A stretch of DNA of 64,000 nt from an uncultured bacterium (GTDB lineage Bacteria > Verrucomicrobiota > Verrucomicrobiia > Verrucomicrobiales > DEV007). The stretch lies in the NCBI GenBank assembly GCA_963977015.1, contig CAXBMO010000019.1:32001-96000 (forward strand), in the 5' to 3' direction. The notes beneath the pieces are model-generated. The model ran no database searches, was not told the origin of the DNA, and worked only from the letters and a program-made list of their open reading frames with translations. The position numbers and the translations under genes are program-made. The number at the start of each line of letters is the position of its first letter. The stretch's first letter is position 1. Shown here piece after piece: positions 19,930 through 29,297 of this stretch.

Positions 19930-22374
19930 ATGTCACACGGTCATCCCTTCGAACTCCTCTCTCCTGCCGGTAACTGGGATTGTGCCCGCGCGGCGGTGGC
20001 CAATGGCGCGGATGCGATCTATTTCGGGTTGCCGGCGTTCAATGCGCGGATTCGGGCGGACAACTTTACGGAGACGGATCTTCCGGAGCTGATGACGTTT
20101 CTGCACGAACGCGGCGTTCGCGGGTTTGTTGCGTTCAATACCCTCATTTTTACGGGCGAGTTGGAGGCGGCGGAGCGTCAATTGCGATTGATCCACGAGG
20201 CGGGCGTCGATGCGATCATTGTCCAGGATATCGGGTTGGCGAAGATGGCTCGGGCGATTTGTCCGGGCTTGGAGCTTCACGCCTCGACCCAGATGACAAT
20301 CACGTCGCCGGAGGCGTTGGAGTTTGTGAACGCGGCGTTCGAGTTGGATTGCGCGGTGATCGCGCGGGAGAATTCGCTGCGCGAGATGAAGTTGTTTCGC
20401 GCGGATGAAGCCGGGGCGGTGAAGCTGGAGACGTTCGTGCACGGGGCGCTGTGTGTGGCCTATTCCGGTCAATGCCTGACGAGCGAATCGCTCGGTCAAC
20501 GCAGCGCCAATCGTGGCGAATGCGCCCAGGCGTGCCGGATGCCGTATGACCTGATCGTCGATGGCGAGCAACGCGATCTGGGCGACAAGCGGTATTTGCT
20601 TTCGCCCCAGGATCTGGCGGGGATCGATGAGATTCCAGCTTTGATTGAGGCGGGGATCTCCAGTTTCAAAATCGAGGGGCGTCTCAAGACTCCCGAATAC
20701 GTGGCGGCGGTGACCCGCGTGTATCGGAAGGCGATTGATGCCGCCTTGAATGGGGAAGGGGAGCGGGCCAGTGAAGCTGATCGCTATGAATTGGAGATGG
20801 CGTTTTCGCGCGGGCTTCACAGCGGCTGGCTCAACGGGATCGACAACAAGAAGCTGGTTCATGCCCGGTTCGGGAAGAAGCGGGGCGCCTTTGTCGGGAC
20901 GATTTCGCAGGTGGGGCCGGATTGGGTCGAAGTGGAGCCTCAGGTTCCGGTGAAGAACGGCGATGGCGTGGTGTTTGATACCGGAGGCAACACGGACAAG
21001 GAGCAGGGTGGCCGAATTTATGGCGTCCATGGCAAGCGGCTCAGTTTCCAGCGGGAGAAGATTCGGTTTCAGGATCTGAAAGAGGGTGACCGGATTTGGA
21101 AAACGGATGATCCGGCCCTGAACGCGGAACTGCAGAAGTCGTGGAACGAATCGCGGCTCAAGCCTCAAAAGCAGATGTTGACCTGGGCGGTGGCTGGGCG
21201 GGCCGGGGATCCCTTGATCCTCACCGACTCAGGAACGGGAGCGAAGGTTGCTTCCTCGATTCCGCTGCAGGTCGCGGAACAACGGCCGCTGGCGGCCGAG
21301 TTTCTCCAGAAGCAGTTTGGCCGGCTCGGCAACACGGCTTACCAATTGGAGTCGCTGGATGTCGATCTGGAAGGCGAGGTGATGCTCCCGGTGAGCGAGC
21401 TGAACCGGATGCGGCGGGCGATGGTCGAGAAACTGGAGCAGGAGCCTGACGCGGCCAAACCGGCTCGTGTTTCGACGAACGTTTCCGTTGCGGAGTTGCT
21501 TCCCAAGCTTCCTGAGAACGACCGGGGTGCCGAACCGGTTCTTTATGTGTTGTGCCGCAATCAGGAGCAGGTTGATGCGGCGCTTTCCGCCAAGGTGGAA
21601 CGCATCTACGCCGACTTCGAGGATGTTCGGCGTTATCGCGACGTCGTGCGATCGGTTCGCGAGAGCGGTGTGAACTCGCGCATTTATCTGGCGACACCGC
21701 GCATCCAAAAAGCGGGCGAATCCGGCTTGTTCCGAGTCGTTGAAAAAGCGAAGCCGGACGGCGTTCTGGTTCGCAACCTGGGCGGAGTGCAGCACTTTCG
21801 CGAGCACGGCGAACTCGAGATGATCGGTGATTTTTCGCTCAACGTGGCCAACCCGATCAGCGCGGAATTTTTCCGGGGCCAGGGCTGTCGGAACCTGACG
21901 ATTTCCTACGATCTCAACATTGGCCAGGTGCTTGATCTCCTGGCGAAAGCGCCACCGGCCTGGTTCGAGATCACGCTGCATCAACACATGCCGATGTTTC
22001 ACATGGAGCACTGCGTGTTTTGCTCGTTCATCTCCGAAGGGACGGACGTCACCAATTGCGGGCGTCCCTGCGATACCCACGAAGTCGAGTTACGCGATCG
22101 CGTTGGTCAGCGCCATATTCTGAGCGCGGACGTGGGTTGCCGCAATACGCTCTACAATGGCCGGGCGCAAAGCGGCGCCCGATTCTTTGGGAACCTGCTC
22201 GATTCCGGGTTGAGACAGTATCGCGTGGAGTTGCTCAAGGAGAATCGCGAGGAGGCGGCCGCGACGATCACGGCCTATCAGGATCTCCTGAGAGGGAGTG
22301 AGGGCGGGACCCAACTCTGGGAACGCCTCCAAGTGGAGTCGAAGCTGGGAGTGGTCGAGGGAACGTTGGCCTGA
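19930..22374 (+). CDS. rlhA: U32-family protein with DUF3656; probable 23S rRNA 5-hydroxycytidine synthase
   Basis: ELLSPAG, HASTQM, ETFVHGALCVAYSGQC, NRGECAQACR, KIEGR; long (~810 aa) architecture. Confidence 0.85.
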   Translation: MSHGHPFELLSPAGNWDCARAAVANGADAIYFGLPAFNARIRADNFTETDLPELMTFLHERGVRGFVAFNTLIFTGELEAAERQLRLIHEAGVDAIIVQDIGLAKMARAICPGLELHASTQMTITSPEALEFVNAAFELDCAVIARENSLREMKLFRADEAGAVKLETFVHGALCVAYSGQCLTSESLGQRSANRGECAQACRMPYDLIVDGEQRDLGDKRYLLSPQDLAGIDEIPALIEAGISSFKIEGRLKTPEYVAAVTRVYRKAIDAALNGEGERASEADRYELEMAFSRGLHSGWLNGIDNKKLVHARFGKKRGAFVGTISQVGPDWVEVEPQVPVKNGDGVVFDTGGNTDKEQGGRIYGVHGKRLSFQREKIRFQDLKEGDRIWKTDDPALNAELQKSWNESRLKPQKQMLTWAVAGRAGDPLILTDSGTGAKVASSIPLQVAEQRPLAAEFLQKQFGRLGNTAYQLESLDVDLEGEVMLPVSELNRMRRAMVEKLEQEPDAAKPARVSTNVSVAELLPKLPENDRGAEPVLYVLCRNQEQVDAALSAKVERIYADFEDVRRYRDVVRSVRESGVNSRIYLATPRIQKAGESGLFRVVEKAKPDGVLVRNLGGVQHFREHGELEMIGDFSLNVANPISAEFFRGQGCRNLTISYDLNIGQVLDLLAKAPPAWFEITLHQHMPMFHMEHCVFCSFISEGTDVTNCGRPCDTHEVELRDRVGQRHILSADVGCRNTLYNGRAQSGARFFGNLLDSGLRQYRVELLKENREEAAATITAYQDLLRGSEGGTQLWERLQVESKLGVVEGTLA

Positions 22375-22385
22375 GCTGGTTGCGG

Positions 22386-22922
22386 TTAGGCGGCGCCACC
22401 GCGTTTCTTCTTTTTCGGAGCGTCCGTCACCCTTGCCTCCAGCAGTCCGCGATGAGCCTCGCCACCGATTTGATCCAGCACCCGCTGGTAGATTTTGCCC
22501 ATTTGCTCGGCTTCTTCTTCCGTGAGGTATTGAACGAAATTTTGTTCGATCAAGGGGCGGTAGGTTTTCCAGGCTTGATTGAGGGCCCGGCGGCCGGCTG
22601 CGCTCAGGCTGACCTGGAAGACTCTTCCATCGCTGCGGCTCTGCTTGCGCAATAGCAGGCCGCGTTCGGCCAGGCGGGCGGCGCGGCGGGACATTCCGCT
22701 TTTGCTGAGAAGCACCGCATCCGCCAGTTCCCCCATGGTCATGGTCTCATTCGTGGCCTCGTTGACGGTGAGAAGCACGTCGTAATCGCCGAAGGAGATG
22801 CAGCCCTCGGCCTGTAATCCTTCGTCAATCTTTTGGCAGGTCAAAGCATGGACGGTGAGGAACAGTCGCCATGCCACTTGCTGCGGCAGTTTGTCCGGAA
22901 AATTGGATGCTGGAGGATTCAT
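22386..22922 (-). CDS. MarR-family transcriptional regulator
   Basis: YDVLL, ELADAVLLSKSGMSR (HTH), DGR wing, LSAAG; start set at the ATG 22922. Confidence 0.88.
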   Translation of the reverse strand: MNPPASNFPDKLPQQVAWRLFLTVHALTCQKIDEGLQAEGCISFGDYDVLLTVNEATNETMTMGELADAVLLSKSGMSRRAARLAERGLLLRKQSRSDGRVFQVSLSAAGRRALNQAWKTYRPLIEQNFVQYLTEEEAEQMGKIYQRVLDQIGGEAHRGLLEARVTDAPKKKKRGGAA

Positions 22923-22972
22923 GAAGATGGGACAAGAACCCCGATCGGGGCTGTCTGCAAGTGCTGAGCAAA

Positions 22973-22990
22973 TAGTTGCACATGCAAATA
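22973..22990. promoter_or_regulatory. Candidate MarR operator (inverted repeat)
   Basis: TAGTTGCA-CA-TGCAAATA, a 7/8 inverted repeat in the divergent intergenic region between marR and the ABC operon. Confidence 0.6.
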
Positions 22991-23105
22991 AATGTCTGGG
23001 TTGGCATTGAAGATGCTCGATGGTTGAGGCGACTAGCAAGTCTTTTCCAATGTCCACGCCTTTTGCCAACTCTTCACCACTCACGCGTCATCGTGTGATT
23101 CTGTA

Positions 23106-23879
23106 ATGATTGATTTCGGAAGTTCCATCAACAGCGGATCTCGTCTCGGGTTAGGCGTAGCTGCGTGGGTCTGCTTTCTGGGAGGTTGGTACCTCCTGGC
23201 CACGTCCGGTTTGGCCAATGCCGCTCTCCTTCCGGATCCGCTTCAAGTGGGACGAGCGTGGTGCGAACTCTTTGCGGAGCGGGGGTTCCTTCATGACGTT
23301 GCACAGAGTGTAAAGCGGATCTTCCTGAGTTTTGGAATCGCGCTGTTGATCGCTCTTCCCCTTGGAATGTTGATGGGGGCGTTTGTCCCGGTGGAAGCAT
23401 TCTTGAATGCTCTCGTTTCTCCTTTTCGATATCTTCCGGCTCCGTCTTTTGTTCCGCTTCTACTGATGTGGTTGGGAACAGGGGATGGTCAAAAAGTGGC
23501 ACTTCTGGTGATTGGGGTGGTCTTTTTTTTGACAACGATGTTCATGGATAACACCCGGGCGGTGCGTCCGGAACTGATTGATTGTTCGCGAACGCTTGGT
23601 GCGAATCGATTGCGTGTTCTTACCCATGTAATACTTCCAGCCGCCCTACCCAGCTATGTAGATACGGCCAGGCAAATGCTGGCGGTGAGCTGGACCTATC
23701 TGGTGATCGCGGAAATCGTCGCCGCCAGCAACGGGATCGGAGCGATGATGATGCGGGCCAAACGCTTTGTTCAGGTAGACGACATCATGGCGGGCATCCT
23801 GACCATTGGAATTCTTGGGCTGCTGACCGATGCCGCGATTCGCTATCTCCATCGCCTGTTCTTTCGCTATCTCCACTAA
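23106..23879 (+). CDS. NitT/TauT-family ABC transporter permease
   Basis: LPDP, RYLPAP..PLLLMWLG, EAA-like loop SRTLGA, ILPAALP, LVIAE. Confidence 0.9.
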   Translation: MIDFGSSINSGSRLGLGVAAWVCFLGGWYLLATSGLANAALLPDPLQVGRAWCELFAERGFLHDVAQSVKRIFLSFGIALLIALPLGMLMGAFVPVEAFLNALVSPFRYLPAPSFVPLLLMWLGTGDGQKVALLVIGVVFFLTTMFMDNTRAVRPELIDCSRTLGANRLRVLTHVILPAALPSYVDTARQMLAVSWTYLVIAEIVAASNGIGAMMMRAKRFVQVDDIMAGILTIGILGLLTDAAIRYLHRLFFRYLH

Positions 23880-23906
23880 CTAAACATCAATACCACCACC
23901 AAACCT

Positions 23907-24983
23907 ATGACTACAATACATCGAAACCTGAGCGTCATTGCCGGCTGCTGCCTGCTCTTCTCTGGTTGCAGCAAACCTGAGGGCGGGGAGGCGGCTTCCA
24001 CGGAAGCCTCCGTGACGCCGCAAACCGTGAAAATCTCTCTCTTCTCCTGGCCGGGATACGCCTTCTGGTTCGTTGCGAAAGAGAAGAACCTCGTTCCGGA
24101 GTTGGATCTGGATCTTGTGATTATTGAGGATCCCTACGAGAGCTTTGCCCAGATGGCGGCCGGCCAGTTGGACGTGACCTCTTCCACCGTGGAATACGGC
24201 CCGATCGCAGCTGATCAGGATGTGCCCGTAAAGTTGGTGACCTACACCAACCCTTCTTATGGAACGGATAAGATCATCCTCGGCCCGGGAGTGACCAGTG
24301 CGGCAGATCTCAAGGGAAAGGAAGTTGCCGTTCTCGAAGGAGGCCTGACCCAGATCTATATGGGAATCTGGCTCGAGGAAAATGGCGTCAAATTTGACGA
24401 GGTAAAGTATAGCAACCTGATCATGGACGATGCGGTTGCAGCCATGGTCAGTGGCAAAGTGGCCGCTGGTGAGTTCTGGGAGCCTTTCGGCAGTAATGTA
24501 TTATCCAGTCTTCCCGGTTGCACGGTCGCGGCGACCTCAAAAGATCCGTATTATAAGAAAACCGCGCTCCTCGGAGACGGGATGTACATGAGTGGCTCTT
24601 TTTTGTCCGAGAAGCCGGAGCTCGCAAAGTTGACCTTGAAGGCTTACTTCAAAGCGGTTGAATTCTGGGAGGCCAACCCGGCCGAGGCCAATGCGATCAT
24701 GGCAAAAGGCCTGAACTTTCCGTTGGAAGACGTCGAAACCGTGATTGGAGCCTCCGGGGAGTCGAGCGACGGCGGAGTCTACGCATTCAACTATGAAGAA
24801 GCCGGCCAGTTCATGGGTGTCCTGGAAGGGGTGCCTCCCTTTGGCGGGAATGGCGAGATCAAGAATCATTGGAAGCTCACCAACGACTGGTGGGTGAAGT
24901 TCGGAGCGGTCGGGAAAGACTATCCGATGGAATCCGGCGTCGATCTGGCACCCTTCACGGCGCTTGCTGAAGAAGGCCTCTAA
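23907..24983 (+). CDS. NitT/TauT-family ABC substrate-binding lipoprotein
   Basis: Lipobox LFSGC; SWPGY, SYGTD, DLKGK, WEPF. Confidence 0.88.
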   Translation: MTTIHRNLSVIAGCCLLFSGCSKPEGGEAASTEASVTPQTVKISLFSWPGYAFWFVAKEKNLVPELDLDLVIIEDPYESFAQMAAGQLDVTSSTVEYGPIAADQDVPVKLVTYTNPSYGTDKIILGPGVTSAADLKGKEVAVLEGGLTQIYMGIWLEENGVKFDEVKYSNLIMDDAVAAMVSGKVAAGEFWEPFGSNVLSSLPGCTVAATSKDPYYKKTALLGDGMYMSGSFLSEKPELAKLTLKAYFKAVEFWEANPAEANAIMAKGLNFPLEDVETVIGASGESSDGGVYAFNYEEAGQFMGVLEGVPPFGGNGEIKNHWKLTNDWWVKFGAVGKDYPMESGVDLAPFTALAEEGL

Positions 24984-25029
24984 GGAAGACCCGCTCACCC
25001 CTTTTATAGTGCTTGTTTCATCCTTGCCC

Positions 25030-25761
25030 ATGCCCAAGCCCGCGGGCCCTGGCTGTCTCCGGTTTCCGGAGATGGTCAGGGTTCCGCAAGGGGAAGGCAT
25101 CATGGGCGCCGTTACGGAAGACAAGTTTGCAACCTCGGTGGAGCTTCCGCCGACACGAACCCATTTTTCGCGGGAGTTTGCGCTCAGCCGAACGCCGGTG
25201 ACCCAGGCGCAATGGAGCGAGGTGATGGGGGAGCTTCCGCGGGAGTGTCCTACTGGGGTTGATGCGACCTGCCCGGTTGTGGGAGTGTCCTTTGCCGATG
25301 TCATGATCTATCTGGAGAAACTTTCCCAGTTGCGTGGGGAGACCTACCGTCTTCCGAGCGAGGCTGAGTGGGAGTATGCCTGCCGCGCGGGTTCGGTCTC
25401 CATTTTTCCCTTTGGATCCAACATCAGCCTGGGTGATGCCAATTATCTGTATGATGAGCGGGGGACGGCCATCGGCTGCGGCGCCCTCACTCCAGTGATG
25501 ACGTATCCCGCGAACGCGTTTGGGTTCTGCGACCTGTTGGGAAACGTCTGTGAGTGGACCGCCGATCTGTGGCATCCGAGTCACGACGGCGCTTCTCCCA
25601 ACGGCGCGGCGCGGACCGGCGGAGCGAAAACGAATTGCCGGACCATCCGCGGCGGTGCGTGGGATCATCTTCCCCGGGTTCTGCGCGCTTCCTGGCGCGA
25701 TTGGGCTCCGGAAGAGGCCCGCTGGGACAATCTGGGCTTTCGCGTAGCCCATAACCTTTGA
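25030..25761 (+). CDS. FGE-sulfatase (SUMF1/EgtB C-terminal-like) domain protein, non-canonical
   Basis: PVTQAQW, RLPSEAEWEYACR, NAFGFCDLLGNVCEW, RGGAW, GFRV. The catalytic Cys pair after RGG is absent. Confidence 0.85.
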   Translation: MPKPAGPGCLRFPEMVRVPQGEGIMGAVTEDKFATSVELPPTRTHFSREFALSRTPVTQAQWSEVMGELPRECPTGVDATCPVVGVSFADVMIYLEKLSQLRGETYRLPSEAEWEYACRAGSVSIFPFGSNISLGDANYLYDERGTAIGCGALTPVMTYPANAFGFCDLLGNVCEWTADLWHPSHDGASPNGAARTGGAKTNCRTIRGGAWDHLPRVLRASWRDWAPEEARWDNLGFRVAHNL

Positions 25762-25768
25762 AGAACCA

Positions 25769-26641
25769 ATGAAACTCTCTCTTTTTAAAACACTCTGGGG
25801 ACATGAGTCCTCGCTTTCGGATGCGATCCAATGCTGCCACGATGCCGGCTTTCAAGGCATTGAAAGTCCCGCCCCGCGCGATGGGTCCGAGCGGAAGGCC
25901 TTCTTTGAGGCGCTGGAGGCTGCCGACCTGAAATGGATTGCGGAAGTCAGCACCTGCACCCTGGACGGGACCTACGTTCCGCAGCCTGGTCGCAGCGTTA
26001 CCGATCACCTGGATTCGCTTCGCGAGGGGGTGGAGCGGAGCCTCACTGGAACCCCACTTTTTATCAATACCATGGCTGGGTACGATGCGTGGAGCATTGC
26101 CGATGCCATTGCGTTTTATCAGGGGGTTGTGAAGCTGGAGGAGGAACTGGGAATCCCGATCTCTGCGGAGACGCATCGAGGTCGGTCCACTTACAGCCCG
26201 TGGATTACGCGGGACATTTTATTGGAGACACCGGACTTGCGACTCACCTGTGATTTCAGTCACTGGTGCGTGGTGAGCGAGCGCCTGATTCTCGACGAAG
26301 AACCAGAGATTCTCCAGCTTGCCGCGAAGCACGCGTATCACATTCAGCCGCGGATTGGGTATGGCCAGGGGCCCCAGGTTCCCGACCCCCGTGCTCCGGA
26401 ATATCAGGAAGCGCTCCAGGCTCACGAACGTTGGTGGACGGTGCTTTGGGAGGCGATGGCGGCTCGCGGGAGGCGGGAAATGACCATGACGCCTGAGTTT
26501 GGGCCGGATGGTTACCTTCAATGTGCACCGTTCACCAGGGTGCCTGTCGCCGACCTTTGGGACATCAACACCTGGGTCGGGCATCGCCAGTTGGAACGCT
26601 TTCAGAACCACTTTCAAAATCAAACCATCGTATCCTCATGA
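25769..26641 (+). CDS. Sugar phosphate isomerase/epimerase-like TIM-barrel protein
   Basis: FKTLWG start; putative metal ligands in ETHR, DFSHW, HIQPR and PEFGP. Confidence 0.8.
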   Translation: MKLSLFKTLWGHESSLSDAIQCCHDAGFQGIESPAPRDGSERKAFFEALEAADLKWIAEVSTCTLDGTYVPQPGRSVTDHLDSLREGVERSLTGTPLFINTMAGYDAWSIADAIAFYQGVVKLEEELGIPISAETHRGRSTYSPWITRDILLETPDLRLTCDFSHWCVVSERLILDEEPEILQLAAKHAYHIQPRIGYGQGPQVPDPRAPEYQEALQAHERWWTVLWEAMAARGRREMTMTPEFGPDGYLQCAPFTRVPVADLWDINTWVGHRQLERFQNHFQNQTIVSS

Positions 26642-27873
26642 CAACACTAACCGAACCATTACCTCCCGTCCAATCCACCAAGGACGAGTCCCTTTTCGCG
26701 GCGATTCTCGCTTCGGCGGAGAAACCGCGCGAAAAATCAACCAGCCTTCCCTCTGCGGCTTACCACGATCCTGAGTTCCTCAAGTTCGAGGAAGCTGAGA
26801 TATTCAGGAAAGAATGGATCTCACTCTGCCATGTTTCACAGGTGGCCAAGGCAGGCGATTTCGTTCGTGTCGATGTCGCCGGCGAACCGATGTTGGTCGT
26901 TCGCGGAAAAGACATGGAGATCAAGGTCCTGTCCCGCACCTGTCGTCACCGGGGCATGGAAATCATGCCTTCCGGGTTTGGGCATCCGAATGAAGGGAAC
27001 CAACGCGTCATCCTTTGCCCTTATCATCTCTGGAGTTATGATCTCAACGGCAAATTGGTTGGAGCTCCGGAAATGCAGGAGGCCGCGGAGTTCGACCGCA
27101 GCGAGGTCTGTCTCCACCAATATAGAAGCGAGGTTTGGGAAGGGTTTGTCTTTGTGACACTCTCCGACGACATTCCTCCCGTCGCCGAAAAGTATGCTCA
27201 ATTGAAGGACGACTTTGTCGGGAGATGGGACATGGGGGATGGAGAGTTGGTTTGGTCAGCTCATTGGGAATGCAATTTCAACTGGAAGATTCTTCTGGAG
27301 AACTTCATGGAGGCCTACCATCACCTCGGTGCCCACATGAAGACGCTGGAGCCGTTCCTGCCGGCCAAGGGATGCTGGACGGAGCCTTACGATCCGGAAT
27401 TCTCCTGCATGCATCTTCCGCTCAAGGACAGCATGATCGAGGAAATTCAAAAAACGAAAGACGCCGGCACTCCGTTTCCGGTCTTTCCGACCCTGGAACT
27501 GGATGACTACTGCAAGTGGTGGGTCTTCCTGGGGAACCCGAACTTCCTGCTCTTCTCCGCACCGGACCGGGTTTACTGGTATCGCCTGCTTCCCACCGGG
27601 CCGGAGACCTGCACGCTCATGACCACCATGATTGTGCCGAAGGCGGCCTTGGAAATGCCGGACTACGAAGCCGTGCTCGAGAAGGAAATCGCCGCGGGAA
27701 TCGAGTTTCACATGGAAGACATGGAAGTCTGCGCCGCCACCCAGCGCGGTGTCAAATCAACGGGCTTCACCCCGGGACGTCTCAGTCATTTGGAGCAACC
27801 CATCTGGCACTTTCAAAAATACCTGGCTGAGGTGATTCGGAAATCCTCAGTTGGTCAATCCCTTGCCCAGTAA
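26638..27873 (+). CDS. Rieske non-heme iron oxygenase alpha subunit (CntA/GbcA/choline monooxygenase-like)
   Basis: Rieske CRHRG...CPYHLW; mononuclear Fe [16 protein letters not shown] and ED; ATGA-coupled to the upstream gene. Confidence 0.9.
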   Translation: MTTLTEPLPPVQSTKDESLFAAILASAEKPREKSTSLPSAAYHDPEFLKFEEAEIFRKEWISLCHVSQVAKAGDFVRVDVAGEPMLVVRGKDMEIKVLSRTCRHRGMEIMPSGFGHPNEGNQRVILCPYHLWSYDLNGKLVGAPEMQEAAEFDRSEVCLHQYRSEVWEGFVFVTLSDDIPPVAEKYAQLKDDFVGRWDMGDGELVWSAHWECNFNWKILLENFMEAYHHLGAHMKTLEPFLPAKGCWTEPYDPEFSCMHLPLKDSMIEEIQKTKDAGTPFPVFPTLELDDYCKWWVFLGNPNFLLFSAPDRVYWYRLLPTGPETCTLMTTMIVPKAALEMPDYEAVLEKEIAAGIEFHMEDMEVCAATQRGVKSTGFTPGRLSHLEQPIWHFQKYLAEVIRKSSVGQSLAQ

Positions 27874-27880
27874 CATCAAG

Positions 27881-29242
27881 ATGATATCCAATTCAAAAAT
27901 TCAGGCTCTCCAGGAGTCGCTCAAGGCGCAGGGCGTCAAGTACTGTGTCGGCGCCTATGTCGATATCCACGGAGTGCCGAAGGGGAAGTTCGTTCCGATC
28001 GATCACTTCCAGCATTTTGCCCACGGGTCCGAGCTTTACACCGGCTATGCGCTGGATGGCCTGGGACAGCGACCGAATGATGACGAGATTGCCTCCGTTC
28101 CTGACGTTGATTCAATCACGATCCTGCCGTGGAACAAGGAAGTCGCCTGGATGCCGGCGGACAACACGTTCAAAGGGGAGCCTTATCCCATCAATACGCG
28201 GGTTGCCTTGAAGAAGCAGTTGCAAGCCGCCGCCGACATGGGGTTTGGATTCAATCTGGGGATTGAGTGTGAAGTCTTTGTCGTCAAACAAAGGGAGGAT
28301 GGAAGTCTGGAGATCCCGAACGACGACGATGATCTGGAGAAGTCGTGTTATGATGTGAAACGCTTCCTCGACCGCTACACGTGGTTGGATAAGGTCTCGA
28401 CCACGATCAACGATCTGGGTTGGGGACTCTATTCCCTCGATCATGAAGATGCGAACTCGCAGTTCGAGTTCGACTTCAATTATGCAGATGCGTTGACGAT
28501 GTGTGATCGCTACATCTTCTTCCGTCTCATGGCCAAGCAGTATGCTGCCGAGGAAGGATTGCTCGCCACCTTCATGCCGAAGCCGTTCGCCGATAAAACG
28601 GGTTCGGGCGCGCATTTTAACATGTCCCTGTTCGACAAGGATACCGGGGAGAACCTTTTCAAGTGTGCCCCTGAAGCCGATCCGCGTGGATTGGGTTTGA
28701 CCGAGCTGGGCTACCAATTTATTGGCGGAATTCTCAAGCACGGCCGGGCGCTGTGCTGTGCTTATGCACCAACGGTAAATAGTTACAAACGACTGGTTCG
28801 TCGGGGCTTGATGTCCTACTACACATGGGCACCCGTGTTCAATAGTTACGGCAAGAACAACCGGACGAATGCGATGAGGGTGCCAATGGGTGGCGGTCGC
28901 GTTGAGTCCCGCAATGCCGACGCCTCCTGCAATCCCTACCTCGCGGCGACCCTTGCCCTCGCGGCGGGTCTGGAAGGAATTCGCGAAAACCTGGATCCCG
29001 GCGAGGCGATCGAGGACAACCTTTACGAACTCACTCCGGAGCAATTCGCAGAACGGGGAATCGAAGAATTACCAACCACGCTGAAGGAGGCGGTGGAAGC
29101 ATTCTCGGCTTCGCCCTTTGTGGAGGATGTGTTGGGTTCGGAACTCCGACAGGAATTCATCACTTATAAATCCGAGGAATGGCGTCAATACCACCAGCGA
29201 ATCAGTCAGTGGGAATATGAGCAGTATGCAAGGTTGTTTTGA
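27881..29242 (+). CDS. glnT: GlnT/GmaS-type glutamine synthetase-family ligase (gamma-glutamyl-amine ligase)
   Basis: [45 protein letters not shown]. Confidence 0.85.
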   Translation: MISNSKIQALQESLKAQGVKYCVGAYVDIHGVPKGKFVPIDHFQHFAHGSELYTGYALDGLGQRPNDDEIASVPDVDSITILPWNKEVAWMPADNTFKGEPYPINTRVALKKQLQAAADMGFGFNLGIECEVFVVKQREDGSLEIPNDDDDLEKSCYDVKRFLDRYTWLDKVSTTINDLGWGLYSLDHEDANSQFEFDFNYADALTMCDRYIFFRLMAKQYAAEEGLLATFMPKPFADKTGSGAHFNMSLFDKDTGENLFKCAPEADPRGLGLTELGYQFIGGILKHGRALCCAYAPTVNSYKRLVRRGLMSYYTWAPVFNSYGKNNRTNAMRVPMGGGRVESRNADASCNPYLAATLALAAGLEGIRENLDPGEAIEDNLYELTPEQFAERGIEELPTTLKEAVEAFSASPFVEDVLGSELRQEFITYKSEEWRQYHQRISQWEYEQYARLF

Positions 29243-29297
29243 TGCAGCAGAGCGTGGATGCCAATGAACTCGATTTCTTTTACGTAGGTAAGGTTTC

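Noticed and set aside
22923-23084. 54-aa N-terminal extension of MarR given by the ORF track
   Set aside because: It would cover the divergent promoter and operator; the MarR-like sequence begins after the ATG at 22922.
22923-23105. Guanidine-type riboswitch upstream of the NitT/TauT ABC operon
   Set aside because: No guanidine-I 3' motif or paired ACGR hairpins seen; a MarR operator explains the region better. An Rfam scan would settle it.
25030-25761. Sulfatase-maturing formylglycine-generating enzyme
   Set aside because: The catalytic cysteine pair is absent and the gene lies in an operon without sulfatases.
27881-29242. Housekeeping glnA or a complete methylamine (gmaS-mgs-mgd) pathway
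   Set aside because: Motifs fit the GlnT/GmaS type rather than GSI, and no mgs/mgd genes are in the window.
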